Assembly: GCA_047601445.1 (NCBI GenBank)
Contig: JASGJH010000001.1
Coordinates: forward strand, 4,096,001-4,160,000
Length of the DNA: 64,000 nt
Reading direction: 5' to 3'
From: Myxococcales bacterium
GTDB taxonomy: Bacteria > Myxococcota_A > Polyangia > Polyangiales > DASUME01
In this document: one piece after another, positions 27,155 through 37,748 of the stretch
Layout: every line of letters starts with the position of its first letter
How positions within the stretch are numbered: the stretch's first letter is position 1
The notes under the pieces: generated by a model
Database searches by the model: none
What the model saw: the letters and a program-made list of their open reading frames with translations, nothing else
What the model was told of the DNA's origin: nothing
Made by a program: the position numbers and the translations under genes

Positions 27155-28807
27155 ATGCGTGAACGGCACATGGCGTTCGTGACAGGACTGTTCTGGGGAG
27201 CGCTTGCTGCCTGCTCACCGCAGGGGTCGCCGACGAGTGGGTCTGGCAGCGAGCTCCCGAGGGACCCGGATTCCTTGGCCCCGGTCCCCGACGTCCCCAC
27301 CGTCGCTCCCCCAGCGACACCTTCCTCGGATGCGATGTGTACGGACAACGCGATCGGTGGCATCGCCTATCGGATCTGCAACGCTCCGCGCTCCTGGAGC
27401 CACGCGCGGGAGCGATGCGAAGCACAGGGCATGGTGTTGGCCCAACCTTCCAGCCCTGAATCGATGACGGCACTGGGCGCCGCTTTGAAACGGGCGTTCT
27501 GGCTGGGTGGTTCCGATCGCGCAAGCGAAGGCGAGTGGCGCTGGACCGACGGTACCGTCATCAGCCGCGCCCGCCGCTTCGGCAAGCCCTTCGTCAACCT
27601 TCCGGAATCGGCCTACTACTTCCAGAGCTTCGGGCAGCTAGAGGTGGACTTCGGGCGCAACTGCTTGCGCCTGGCGGAAGGCCGCGTGGACGCGCATGCC
27701 TGCCAGGAAGCCTTGCCCTTCGTGTGCCAGGAGCGTCCGACCGAATACGCCCCGCAGGAGAACGCGCGTGCGACTTGCACGAGCGACGACCTGGGCGGTC
27801 ATCATTATCTGATCTGTGGCGACGCGCGCACGTGGCAAGAGGCGGAGGCACACTGCAATCGCAACGACATGCACCTGGCGACGCTTCAAAGCGTGGATGA
27901 AGCCAAGTTCATCGCCGAGCGCATCCGCGCCGACAGCTTCATCGGCCTCGTCAACTCGACGCATCCGGACTTCAAGCCACAGTTCCCAGTGTTTCCGGAC
28001 AGCCTCGAGCGCGGCGTGTGGAGAAACCTCGACGACAATCGCATCGTCTGGTGTGGCAATGCGCAGGGCATGAGCACCCCGCTCAGCTACACGCGCTGGG
28101 CACAGAACGAGCCGAGCCGCGATGATCTGGCCTGCAGCGCCATGGCATCGGGCACGGGCCAGTGGCGCGCGGTCGCCTGCGGTCGTCCCCTTGCCTATGT
28201 GTGCGAGCAGATCGACGACGGCAAGCCCGACGCTTTTGCCACGCGGCCCGAGCTGATGATCGATTCCTCTCCCGAGCTGCGGCCGGGCACCCTCGTCACT
28301 TCACCCATGCTCTCGCTCGATCGCGCGTTCCATGTCCGCGCGTGTGTGGACCTCTACGAAGCAGCGAGCGTCCCGCAGACCCGTATCAAGGACGTCGAAG
28401 AGCGCTGGTACACGCAACGAGTCAACGGATACCTCGTTGCAGCAAGCGCAGGAACCTTCAGGCTGCGACGCGACCTCCGCACACGGGCGATACGTGCCAT
28501 TTGGGTGGCGTCCGAGAACAATTTCCGCATCCCCGAGCTCGCCAAGCCGAAGCTCTCCGAACGCCAAGCATTCATCAAACTGGGCGAGATCACCGGCGTC
28601 GCGCCGGAGCACATCTCCCTCCAGGCCGGCAGCGGGCTCAGGATTAATCGCAAGCCGCGCATCGTCGAGGAGGAGTACGAGCTCGTCTACGGCTTCCAAA
28701 TCATCGCCGACGCGCCCAAGCTGTCTCCTCTCACCACGCGCCACTACATTGCAGTGAACGCCAATACCGGCGAAATGTCGGGCTACGCCAACGACGTCTA
28801 CTACTGA
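27155..28807 (+). CDS. Lipoprotein with two C-type lectin domains
   Basis: SWSHARERC, FWLGGSD..EGEWRWTDG, LPFVCQ; TWQEAEAHC, W..NEP, AYVCE. Confidence 0.8.
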   Translation: MRERHMAFVTGLFWGALAACSPQGSPTSGSGSELPRDPDSLAPVPDVPTVAPPATPSSDAMCTDNAIGGIAYRICNAPRSWSHARERCEAQGMVLAQPSSPESMTALGAALKRAFWLGGSDRASEGEWRWTDGTVISRARRFGKPFVNLPESAYYFQSFGQLEVDFGRNCLRLAEGRVDAHACQEALPFVCQERPTEYAPQENARATCTSDDLGGHHYLICGDARTWQEAEAHCNRNDMHLATLQSVDEAKFIAERIRADSFIGLVNSTHPDFKPQFPVFPDSLERGVWRNLDDNRIVWCGNAQGMSTPLSYTRWAQNEPSRDDLACSAMASGTGQWRAVACGRPLAYVCEQIDDGKPDAFATRPELMIDSSPELRPGTLVTSPMLSLDRAFHVRACVDLYEAASVPQTRIKDVEERWYTQRVNGYLVAASAGTFRLRRDLRTRAIRAIWVASENNFRIPELAKPKLSERQAFIKLGEITGVAPEHISLQAGSGLRINRKPRIVEEEYELVYGFQIIADAPKLSPLTTRHYIAVNANTGEMSGYANDVYY

Positions 28808-28903
28808 GAGGCCGCCTCTTGGCCGACCCTGCCCGGTGCTTGACTTCTTACGTCGGCTCGAGTGCAGCCCAGACCCGCGAGCGGAACACTCGCTGGCCCT
28901 CTT

Positions 28904-30490
28904 TCAGCGCGGAAGAGTCACCTGGATCCACTGCGGATCGCTGGTTTCCGCGGTGTCGTTCGTGCCCAGGACCGCGTGATTGCCCTGTCCGCTGGCGTCG
29001 GCCGCAGTCTGGCCGGCCCCCTCCTCGAAGTTCCAGGCGCCCACCAGGGTCGATGCCGCACTCGGCGTGGCGCTGTGCATGTCCGCCCAGACTTGCTCGG
29101 CGGTGCGCACCGACGAGAACACGCGCACTTCGTCGATGGCTCCCTTCAAGAGCCCGTTGAGCGATTCATTGTCGGTGTCCGCGCCGATGTACAGCGGATG
29201 CGCGTCGTAGGCGATCGGCGAGGTGGCCTGGGCGCAGGATCGCAGCACACCGTCCACGTAGATGCGAGCTCGGCTGAGCGCGCTCTCGAAGGTCAAGGTC
29301 ACGTGATGCCAGGTCTGTGCATCCGCTGACCATGGCAGCGTGGGCGCGCCGCTCGTGCTCGCCAGGTTGGCTCCTGCGTACAGGGCGTCCGACTGAAACC
29401 AGATCGTGTACGAGTCGTCCGTGCCGGTCTGATAGGGCTTGCTGACCAAGGAAGCGTAGGAGCCGGGACTCACTCCCGAGAACAAGAACCAAGCTTCGAG
29501 GGTCACATCCGAGGGGCGCAGCGACTCGGCATCGCTCACGCTGGCGAACTGGCCTCCATGGAGGGCCAGGGCCGTGCTGGCGGTACCTTGCGACTGCGGC
29601 TGCACCGCATCGGGACTCACCGAGACGACGTCCATCTCGATGAACTGACCGTCGTAGGGCTGGGCAAGGCTGACACCGCCCACACTGACAGGCGCGTTGG
29701 GACCGCCGATATTGAGCAGCTCCGCGCCATCGATGGAGGCGGCGTAGAGCGTCACGGTCGCCCCCGCAGCGACGCGCACCGTCTCCTCGAAATCGAGAGC
29801 CAGCAGCGCCGGGTCCCCCGAAGTACCGCGATTCAGGTAGTAGGTTTGTGCCGGGGAGGAGATGTCGAGCCGATAGATGTTGCCCGTGTCGGAAGCGGGT
29901 GTGCCACCCACCTGCCAGGTGTCGTCGGCCGTGCTGCACCCATCCAGATAGGTCTTGGCTTCCACCACGCCGCGGAAGCGCAGGCGCACGTCGTACACGG
30001 TGCCGGGCGCGCCGCCGAGCGTTGCGGCCACGTTGACGTCCGGACCGTTCGCGCACGCTTCAGTGTTCTTGCTACCCGTGCAGGGCAGCTCCCACGCGAG
30101 GCCTGCCAAGCTGCCGGCAACGTCCAGGCAGCGGTGGTCTGCGCCACACAGGAACCCTTCGCCGCACCCGCTGGCCCCACAACACTCGCCCACCACGCAG
30201 CTGCCGCCGCAGCAGATTCCCTGGCCCCCCGCCTCTGCTGAACAGGTCGCGCCGTCCGCCGTGCAGAGCATGGGAGCACCGCTGTCCGTCTCGGTCGAGG
30301 CGTCCGTGCCTGGCATGTCCGCGTCGTGCTCGCCTGCGTCGGGGGTGGGCACGCGCGCGTCACCCATCGACTGGTTGCCCGAGTCCGCCAGGCTCGCGTC
30401 GGGCTGCGGCCCTTCGTCATACCCGTCTTCGCTGGAACCAGAGCAAGCGCTCAAAGCGATGCAGACCAACCAACAACCACGCCTACGCAT
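28904..30490 (-). CDS. Lipoprotein with C-terminal LamG-like domain
   Basis: TLEAW, WHHVTLTF, IYVDG, IGAD, GAIDEVRVFS, WNFEEG. Confidence 0.82.
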   Translation of the reverse strand: MRRRGCWLVCIALSACSGSSEDGYDEGPQPDASLADSGNQSMGDARVPTPDAGEHDADMPGTDASTETDSGAPMLCTADGATCSAEAGGQGICCGGSCVVGECCGASGCGEGFLCGADHRCLDVAGSLAGLAWELPCTGSKNTEACANGPDVNVAATLGGAPGTVYDVRLRFRGVVEAKTYLDGCSTADDTWQVGGTPASDTGNIYRLDISSPAQTYYLNRGTSGDPALLALDFEETVRVAAGATVTLYAASIDGAELLNIGGPNAPVSVGGVSLAQPYDGQFIEMDVVSVSPDAVQPQSQGTASTALALHGGQFASVSDAESLRPSDVTLEAWFLFSGVSPGSYASLVSKPYQTGTDDSYTIWFQSDALYAGANLASTSGAPTLPWSADAQTWHHVTLTFESALSRARIYVDGVLRSCAQATSPIAYDAHPLYIGADTDNESLNGLLKGAIDEVRVFSSVRTAEQVWADMHSATPSAASTLVGAWNFEEGAGQTAADASGQGNHAVLGTNDTAETSDPQWIQVTLPR

Positions 30491-30504
30491 GCGAGCCTCT
30501 CCCG

Positions 30505-30948
30505 GTGACGCGAGAGATCTTCGGGCTCTCTGCCCGCCGGTGCCATACGCAGTTCACCCGTCGGAATGGCCTCGAGTCGCGGGTCCCCGCGATATCGTGG
30601 GCATATGGATTCCGTGGAACTCAGGCTACGCTCGTTTCACAGGGCTGCAGCGGCCAACTCGCCGAAAACTGGAGCGTGCAGCTCGACGCGAGCCAGCAGC
30701 AAAAGCTGATGGCCTTGCTCCACGCCATGAAGACGACCAAAGGCCCGAGCTCCTGCACCACCGACGTACCGACCGATACCCTCACGGTCTTCGATCGCGC
30801 TGGCACCGCGCGGGTGTTCTTGAACTCCATCAACGCCGGGTGCGACACGAAGCCAGCGCCCGGCACCATGCTGGTCGACTACACCGGAGGCGCGCAATCA
30901 TTCGTCCCTCTGTTGCTCAGCCTCGGACCCACTCGCGACGGCGGCTAA
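30505..30948 (+). CDS. Hypothetical protein (possibly a gene fragment)
   Basis: Fills the gap between flanking genes; plausible composition only. Confidence 0.4.
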   Translation: MTREIFGLSARRCHTQFTRRNGLESRVPAISWAYGFRGTQATLVSQGCSGQLAENWSVQLDASQQQKLMALLHAMKTTKGPSSCTTDVPTDTLTVFDRAGTARVFLNSINAGCDTKPAPGTMLVDYTGGAQSFVPLLLSLGPTRDGG

Positions 30949-30973
30949 GTCCTCGCTCTGTTGGGGAGACGCC

Positions 30974-32158
30974 CTAGCGAGGCAGACACGTCATGAGACT
31001 GATCAGGAGCGCTGCCAGCAGCGTGGCCAGCAACAGGGGCGCGGATAGGCGAAGGATACCGAAGGAACGCCTCGCCACCTCACGCAAAGTGGGCGCGTCC
31101 GGCTCGGTTCTGGGATGGTCGGCAGGGCGCCAAACCACGTCATGAAGTGAGTCGAGGGGCGGCCGGGGGGAGTTCACCGTCGAGCGCGACAAACTCACCG
31201 CCGGCTGCGGCAAGCTCACCGCTGGCTGAAGCAGGCTCACTGCCGGCTCGTCCGCGGGCGTGATCGCAGTGGTGGAGCGCAGGAAGCGCAAACCTTCGAG
31301 GGCCCGGCGCAGCTCCAGCACCGATGCGGTCCGTGCCTCGAGGTCGTGGGCCATCGCGCTCGCCACGCAGGCCGCAATGGAGGGAGGCAGGTCAGCACGC
31401 AGGCGCGCGAGCGGCGTCGGCCTCTCGAACAGGACTTGCTGAATCTCGGCGTGAAGCTCGCCTGCCTTGAAGGCGGGCTTTCCACTCAGCATCTCGTAGA
31501 GGATGATGCCCAGCGCATAGACATCGGCGCGAGCGTCCACGCCTGAAGCATTCTTGAGCTGCTCCGGCGCCATATAGCGCGTGGTCCCAACCAAGGTGCC
31601 AGGCTTGGTCTGCCCGTTGCCCTCCGCCAGCACGGATTTGGCGACCCCGAAGTCCAGCACCTTGATCCGCTCACTGCCGTCCGGTCCCTGACATAGGAAG
31701 AGATTCTCGGGCTTGAGGTCCCGATGCACGAGTCCGCGCGCGTGGGCGGCCTGAACTCCGTCGCAGCACTGCAGCATCAAGCTCAGGGCGCGCGGCAAGT
31801 CCAACGCCCCTTCGGCGCCTAGCAGGTTGCGCAGGGTTCGCCCATGGAGCAGCTCCATCACCAAGTACGGCGTGCCGCCGTCGTCGTCATAGTCGACGAT
31901 CGTCACCACATGATCGTTCACGATCGCGCCGGCGAGCTCGGCCTCGGCACGAAAGCGCTGCAAGGCCGGCCCCCTGGTGATCAAGTCCGGACTCATGAGC
32001 TTGAGCGCGAACCGACGCTTGGTCCGCACGTGCTCGGCCACGAACACCAGACTGGAGCCACCCTGGCCGATCAAGGAGATCAAGCGATAGCGCTCCGAGA
32101 GCACCCGACCGAGCAGCGCGGACACGGACACATCTCCGACCGTCGCCTCGCCAGTCAT
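30974..32158 (-). CDS. Hanks-type Ser/Thr protein kinase with C-terminal TM helix
   Basis: GQGG, ALK, HRDLKPEN, DFG, YMAPE; three PAVSL heptad repeats at 31191-31250. Confidence 0.92.
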   Translation of the reverse strand: MTGEATVGDVSVSALLGRVLSERYRLISLIGQGGSSLVFVAEHVRTKRRFALKLMSPDLITRGPALQRFRAEAELAGAIVNDHVVTIVDYDDDGGTPYLVMELLHGRTLRNLLGAEGALDLPRALSLMLQCCDGVQAAHARGLVHRDLKPENLFLCQGPDGSERIKVLDFGVAKSVLAEGNGQTKPGTLVGTTRYMAPEQLKNASGVDARADVYALGIILYEMLSGKPAFKAGELHAEIQQVLFERPTPLARLRADLPPSIAACVASAMAHDLEARTASVLELRRALEGLRFLRSTTAITPADEPAVSLLQPAVSLPQPAVSLSRSTVNSPRPPLDSLHDVVWRPADHPRTEPDAPTLREVARRSFGILRLSAPLLLATLLAALLISLMTCLPR

Positions 32159-32961
32159 GGGCCGACCGAAGCTCGCGCAGGCGGTCGTTCGCCGAGGCGC
32201 TCTCGGCAACGCGCTTCCAGCTCACGTACGCGCCCGCTCCAGTCGCGCGCGTCCAGCGCCTGGGGTAGCCAACTCGGAGCCTGAAGCTCTCCCGCCGGGA
32301 CGACCAGGCCGAGCCAGTCACCGAGTCGCAACAGCTGATCTCCCCGCAACACGACCCCTTCACGAACGCGCTCCCCGTCGACATGGGTGCCGTTGGTGCT
32401 GCCGAGATCGCGCAACACCAGGACAGGACCACGCAACGAGATCTCGGCGTGGACGCGAGAGACCTTCTCGTAGGGCAGCGACAACTCGCAGTCCGCCCCG
32501 CGCCCGAGGCGTGTGAGCCCTGTGATCGCGAGCGAGGGACCCGCCGGCGGCCACAGCGTGATGATGCCGAGCGAATCGGCGCGCTCGAAGTCCGTTGGCA
32601 GGGAGATCGCCGTGGTCGCGTCAGGCGTCACCGCCGCCGCCTGCAGCGGAGTCTCGAGCTTGGTCAACGGCGCCGTGAACTGATAGCCCCGGCCGTGCAA
32701 GGTCCTCACGGCGTCCGCCCCGTCTTCGCCGAGAGAACGTCGCAGATCTTTGATCAGTCCGGGCAAGGAAGCGGGGCCGACCTGGAGTTCGCCCCAGAGC
32801 GCTCGCTGCAGCTCCTCCTTGGCCACGTAGCGCTCCGAGCGGGACACGAGGTAGAGCAAGAGGTCCATCACCTTGGGCGCCAGGTGAACCTGCTCTCCGC
32901 CGCGCGTGAGCCGTCGCGCCGAGACATCCAATACGTGATTCGAGAAAGCCCACTGGGTCAT
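32155..32961 (-). CDS. Winged-helix (OmpR/Trans_reg_C) + FHA domain regulator
   Basis: LAPKVMDLLLYL..LWG..RTLHGRGYQF; FHA LGRG..VSRVHA..DLGSTNGT. Confidence 0.88.
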   Translation of the reverse strand: MTQWAFSNHVLDVSARRLTRGGEQVHLAPKVMDLLLYLVSRSERYVAKEELQRALWGELQVGPASLPGLIKDLRRSLGEDGADAVRTLHGRGYQFTAPLTKLETPLQAAAVTPDATTAISLPTDFERADSLGIITLWPPAGPSLAITGLTRLGRGADCELSLPYEKVSRVHAEISLRGPVLVLRDLGSTNGTHVDGERVREGVVLRGDQLLRLGDWLGLVVPAGELQAPSWLPQALDARDWSGRVRELEARCRERLGERPPARASVGP

Positions 32962-33203
32962 GTCACTGCGCCCCGACGAGGAGCTCGCTTGCTAACACGG
33001 GACAGCGCGCCTTGACAACGGATGCCCAGCTTGCGAGTCAGCCATCGCTCTCAAAAATCTCCTGAAAGTCTCATGACATTCCGAGCAGAAACGTGCGTCC
33101 CTCTGAAAACCGGCTTTGGTATCGGCTGTTTGGCTTGACAGCCGCCAGCGACAAGGGGCATAGGCGCTTTGAATCCTCCAGCACAACAAGTTGAGGCCTC
33201 CCC

Positions 33204-33879
33204 ATGAGCGTAGGTTGCTCGCACGTCGTGCTTGGCTCCGCCCTTTCCGTGTTCTTGTGCGGCGCCTGCGAACCGGCCGACGGTCTTGCCAGCGCGGACG
33301 CCGGCACACACGACGCCGACGCCGCGGCTTTCCCGCACCGGGACGCGGGCGCGGTGACCCTGTGGCCCCAAGAAGAGGAAGTCGATGCGCAAGCGCCGGG
33401 CCCGTGCGACTTCAGTTGTGGCTCACTGGCCCAGAAGGTGGACGTCCAGGGGACCTCTCCGTGGGGCGAGGTGGTGATCGATCAGAATCGGGGCTGGCTA
33501 CGTGACAGGGTTCACCAACCTGACGTACCTGTACCTGGAGGGAACCGTAGACGGCCAACCATTGCTGGTCACGCTCCTCCCTTACACCGACGATGTCGAG
33601 GACTTCGCGATCGGCCCGGGAACCTATACGGGCGGGGGCACCTACGTGGGGGCAAACGGCCGCGCTGTGCGCAGAAGCGGTAGCGATCAATGCGACGAGA
33701 CAACGCTCGATGAGGTCAAAGTCGTGGTGACCAAGCACGCCTACACCGCGGGCGACGATGGCTTCCAGACGGGAGATGTCGTCATGTTTCAGGGCAGCGT
33801 GGCGGTGCACGGCGGAGGATGGTCGCTCGAGCTGCCCTTTGACATCACCACCGCGTGCGTGGTTTCCGTCGACCTCTGA
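33204..33879 (+). pseudogene. Hypothetical lipoprotein split by a +1 frameshift near 33486
   Basis: Removing one A from cagaatc gives VIDQ-IGAGYVTGFTNLTY and joins ORFs 33204 and 33502. Confidence 0.55.
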
Positions 33880-33902
33880 GCGCTCGTTGCGAGGTAGAGG
33901 CT

Positions 33903-34622
33903 ATGTCCGCCATCGTGATCCGTGACTATCGGCCAGAAGACCGGGCGGCGGTCCGCCGCATCTCCTTCGAGACTGGGATGCAGGGGCAATCCATCGCCCC
34001 CCAGTACGGCGACCTGGAGAGCTGGGCGGACATGTTCACCGGCTATTACACGGACCGTGAGCCCGAGAACGGCATCGTGGCGGAACTCGATGGTGAAGTG
34101 GTGGGCTACATGCTTTCGGCGCTCGACGAGCGGAGAGCCACCAATCCCATGCTCTATGCGCTCAAGCACGCCCTGCTGCGCGGTGCCTGCTTTCGACCCG
34201 ACACGGTGCGCTTCTACCTGCGCAGCGTGGTGGATACCTTCCGCGACCTCCTGGGGCCTCGCGCACCCAAGGTGGACTACGACCTGTACCCCTCGGGTCC
34301 CCACGTGAACCTGCTGCCGGCCGCGCGCCGCGCGGGCGTGGCCAAGGAGATGTTCTATCAGGTGTTCGATCGCGTCGTCGCGCGCGGCTCGACGGGAGCA
34401 CACGGACTGGTGCAGGCATCGAACCAAGCCATCATCGACCTCGCCACCAAGAAGCTCGGCTTTCAAATGGTCGGTGAGCCGTTCTTCGTTCCGGGCTTGC
34501 GCGGCGCGAACGGCGAACGCGTGGCGATCCGCATCTTGGGCCGACGACTCACCGATTGGAAGATCGGCGCCTGGAAGCAAGCCGACGCGCAGCCGAGTGG
34601 CACCATCATGAAAAGCTCATGA
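33903..34622 (+). CDS. GNAT family acetyltransferase
   Basis: IRDYRPED, VAELDGEVVGY, HVNLLPAARRAGVAK, KLGF. Confidence 0.8.
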   Translation: MSAIVIRDYRPEDRAAVRRISFETGMQGQSIAPQYGDLESWADMFTGYYTDREPENGIVAELDGEVVGYMLSALDERRATNPMLYALKHALLRGACFRPDTVRFYLRSVVDTFRDLLGPRAPKVDYDLYPSGPHVNLLPAARRAGVAKEMFYQVFDRVVARGSTGAHGLVQASNQAIIDLATKKLGFQMVGEPFFVPGLRGANGERVAIRILGRRLTDWKIGAWKQADAQPSGTIMKSS

Positions 34623-34714
34623 AAATCTCCCGGCCGTTTTGGCAATTATCCCCATGTTTTTGGGGTGGCATGGTTTGACAGTTCCACGCGGAACGACGTA
34701 GTTCTAGGCCCGAC

Positions 34715-35857
34715 ATGGAACCGTCGGTCACGCAGCAGCAGCGCGTCAGAGCGGTGGCGGACTTCGCTCGCAAGCGCCTCTCCCCTGGCGCCAGCGAGCG
34801 TGAGAAGCACGGGCGCTTCGAGCGAAGCCTGTGGGACGAGGCGGCCGCCTTCGGACTCACGGGCTTACCGATCCCAACGCCGTGGGGAGGCAGTGGCCTC
34901 GACGCCGTGGAGACCATGCAGCTCGTGGAGTCCCTCGGCGAAAGCTGTGAGGACGGCGGCTTGGTATTCTCGCTGTGCGCTCACATGTTCGCATCGGCGG
35001 TGCCAATCTGGCGCTCGAACTCTCCGATCCATCAGCAGCGCTACTTGCGCGACCTCGCGAACGGAAAGCTCATTTGCGCCAACGCGGCCTCGGAGCCCGA
35101 CGCGGGGTCCGACGTGTATGCGATGAAGACCACGGCGACGCGCACCAGCTCGGGCTACGTGCTCGAAGGCACCAAGGTCTTCGTCACCAATGCGCCGATC
35201 GCCGACCTGTTCTTGATCTACGCCAGCACGAGTCCCTCGCGCGGGTACCTGGGAATCTCCGCGTTCCTCGTACCTCGCGATACGCCCGGGCTGCAGGTCG
35301 TTCCGGGTCCCACCAAGCACGGGCTAGGTAGCTCGCCCTGGGGCAGCATCTATTTGACCTCCTGCGATGTCCCGGAGGAAGCGCGCGTCGGGGCCGAAGG
35401 TGCCGGAGCGTCCTTCTTTCGTGAGTCGATGGTGTGGGAGCGAGGCTGCCTCTTCGCGTACTACGTCGGTGCCATGCAGCGGACACTCGATCGCTGCGTG
35501 GAGCACGCCCGGACACGCCGCCAGTTTGGCGAGGTGCTCGGGAAGTTCCAGTCGGTCGCCAATCGCATCGTCGACATGAAGCTCCGACTCGAGACCAGCC
35601 GGCTGCTCCTCTACAGGGCAGGCCAGTTGCACCGTGATGGCAAGCCCTGTGACGAGGCCATCGCGATGAGCAAGCTATGGATCTCCGAGTCCGCCGTGCA
35701 GGTCGGCCTGGATGCCGTGCAGATCTTTGGCGCATCCGGCATCACCCAGGAGCTGGGCATCGACGTCCTGCTCCGGGATGCCCTTCCATCGCGGATCTTC
35801 TCCGGGAGTTCGGAGGTCCAGCGCATGATCGTGGCCCGCACCCTGGGGCTGTCATGA
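34715..35857 (+). CDS. Acyl-CoA dehydrogenase, L-prolyl-PCP dehydrogenase-like (PltE/RedW/CloN3 type)
   Basis: EPDAGSD, GTKVFVTNAP, FQSVANRIVDMKLRLE, VQIFGA; operon context. Confidence 0.85.
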   Translation: MEPSVTQQQRVRAVADFARKRLSPGASEREKHGRFERSLWDEAAAFGLTGLPIPTPWGGSGLDAVETMQLVESLGESCEDGGLVFSLCAHMFASAVPIWRSNSPIHQQRYLRDLANGKLICANAASEPDAGSDVYAMKTTATRTSSGYVLEGTKVFVTNAPIADLFLIYASTSPSRGYLGISAFLVPRDTPGLQVVPGPTKHGLGSSPWGSIYLTSCDVPEEARVGAEGAGASFFRESMVWERGCLFAYYVGAMQRTLDRCVEHARTRRQFGEVLGKFQSVANRIVDMKLRLETSRLLLYRAGQLHRDGKPCDEAIAMSKLWISESAVQVGLDAVQIFGASGITQELGIDVLLRDALPSRIFSGSSEVQRMIVARTLGLS

Positions 35858-37482
35858 AGCGCCTCGAAGCGGTCTTGACATCGGCGTGCGCGACGGAGGC
35901 CGAGCTCATCGCCGTGGAGTGGGGCGAAGAGAAGCTGAGCTATCGCGCGCTCGATGAGCTCGCCAACCGCTTCGCGCACTGCCTGCTCGCAGCGGGTGTG
36001 CGAAGCGGCGATCGCGTGGGACTCCACGTTCCCCGTTCCGGTCGTTGCATCGCGGCCATGCTCGCTTGCTTGCGAATCGGCGCGGCCTACGTGCCGCTCG
36101 ATCCCAGCGCCCCCGCCAAGCGCACGCGCTGGATTGCCAGGGATTGCGCCCTGCGTGCGGTGGTCACCGTACCGCGTCTCTTGGGCACCTGGCTGGAAGC
36201 CGGGGAACATCAGCCACACTTGGTTCTAGTTGAGCACGACGGCGCGACCGACGCGGTCCAGCCCGCGGCGCTTGCAAGCCATGTGACGCGCTGGACCGAA
36301 GTGCTCGCCACCAGCGCAGATGCGCTTCCGCCTCGCCCGGGATCTCCCGACGAGCTCGCCTACATTCTCTATACGTCTGGCTCGACCGGCACCCCCAAAG
36401 GTGTGATGCTCTCGCACGAGAATGCCCTGGCGTTCGTCGAGTGGGCTGCAAGCCAGGCAGGGCTCGCGCGCGGCGAACGCGTGGCGAGCGTGGCGCCCTT
36501 TCACTTCGACCTCTCCGTGTTCGACATCTGGGCCACCCTGTCACGAGCGGGAACACTGATCATCATCGACGATGCCAGCGTGATCTCGGGCAACCGTATG
36601 CTCGATGCCATCCACGCGCGTGGGATCCAAGTCTGGTACTCGGTGCCTTCGGCGTTGGTGCTCTTGCTCGCGGGAGGACTCGAGGCACGCGGCGCTCCGT
36701 CGTTGCGCGTCGTGTTCTTCGCGGGCGAGGTGTTCCCCATCGCGGCGCTACGCCGCGTGATGGCCGCCTTGCCGGGGGCCAGGTTCTACAACCTGTTCGG
36801 CCCGACGGAGACCAACGTTTGCACGGCCTACCCGCTGGAAGTCATTCCCGAGGCTGATCTCCTCGCGATTCCGATCGGCCACCCCGCATGCGGCAATACG
36901 TGCAGCGTTCTCGATGACCACGGCTCCCCCCTGCCCCACGGCGAAGTCGGCGAACTCTACGTCGACGGTGCCACCGTGATGCTCGGCTATTGGCAGGACG
37001 GCTCCTGCAAGCCCGCCGAGCGCCCCTACCCCACCGGGGATCTAGTCTCTCAGCGCGCCGATGGCGCTTTCATGTACCACGGTAGACGCGATCATCAGCT
37101 CAAGGTCCATGGATTCCGCGTCGACCCTGCCGAAGTCGAGGCCGCGCTACACGCCCATCCGCTGATCCGCGAAGGCTTGGTCGTCGTGCTCGAGCAGCGG
37201 CTCGTCGCGCTGGTGGTGCCTGCCGACTCGCCGAGCGCGGGGACGCTACCGGACGGCATCTCGGTGATGGATGTCCGGCGGCACTGCGCCGCTCACCTGC
37301 CGCGCCACATGCTGCCAGCCGAGGTTCGATTCGTCAGCGATCTACCGCGGACTAGCACGGGCAAGCTCGATCGTTTGGGCGCGCGAGATGCCGTGGCGCG
37401 AGGCGCCTGGTGCGTCCTTGGGCAGCCCGCAGGGGCTCCACCGCGAACCGAAGTCACAGCACCTGAAGAGGCACGGACATGA
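35854..37482 (+). CDS. Stand-alone L-proline adenylation enzyme (PltF/RedM/CloN4 type)
   Basis: YTSGSTGTPKG, FDLSVFD, WYSVPS, NLFGPTETNVC; hand-read specificity code DLFYFALVCK. Confidence 0.85.
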   Translation: MKRLEAVLTSACATEAELIAVEWGEEKLSYRALDELANRFAHCLLAAGVRSGDRVGLHVPRSGRCIAAMLACLRIGAAYVPLDPSAPAKRTRWIARDCALRAVVTVPRLLGTWLEAGEHQPHLVLVEHDGATDAVQPAALASHVTRWTEVLATSADALPPRPGSPDELAYILYTSGSTGTPKGVMLSHENALAFVEWAASQAGLARGERVASVAPFHFDLSVFDIWATLSRAGTLIIIDDASVISGNRMLDAIHARGIQVWYSVPSALVLLLAGGLEARGAPSLRVVFFAGEVFPIAALRRVMAALPGARFYNLFGPTETNVCTAYPLEVIPEADLLAIPIGHPACGNTCSVLDDHGSPLPHGEVGELYVDGATVMLGYWQDGSCKPAERPYPTGDLVSQRADGAFMYHGRRDHQLKVHGFRVDPAEVEAALHAHPLIREGLVVVLEQRLVALVVPADSPSAGTLPDGISVMDVRRHCAAHLPRHMLPAEVRFVSDLPRTSTGKLDRLGARDAVARGAWCVLGQPAGAPPRTEVTAPEEART

Positions 37483-37748
37483 GGGAAGTCGTCACGCAGG
37501 GCATTCGGGACTACATCGTGAACACCTGGTTAAGCGGCGACCCCCGTGGCTTCCATGACGATACCGACCTGCAGGAGACGGGGATCCTCGATTCGTTCTC
37601 GACCTTGGCGCTCGCCGCCTTCCTCGAAAAGACCTTCTCGACTCAACTCGAGCCCTCCGAGATCAACGGAGACACGTTTCGGAGCGTGCAGACGCTGACG
37701 CAGCTGGTGCTCGAGCGTCGAACCTCTTCCTTGGAGCAACGAACATGA
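37479..37748 (+). CDS. Peptidyl carrier protein (PltL/CloN5-like)
   Basis: DTDLQETGILDSF phosphopantetheine motif. Confidence 0.85.
   Translation: MREVVTQGIRDYIVNTWLSGDPRGFHDDTDLQETGILDSFSTLALAAFLEKTFSTQLEPSEINGDTFRSVQTLTQLVLERRTSSLEQRT

Noticed and set aside
34660..34710. Promoter for the pyrrole-PKS operon (TTGACA at 34675)
   Set aside because: No convincing -10 box at the right spacing, and the sigma54 -12 GC is absent.
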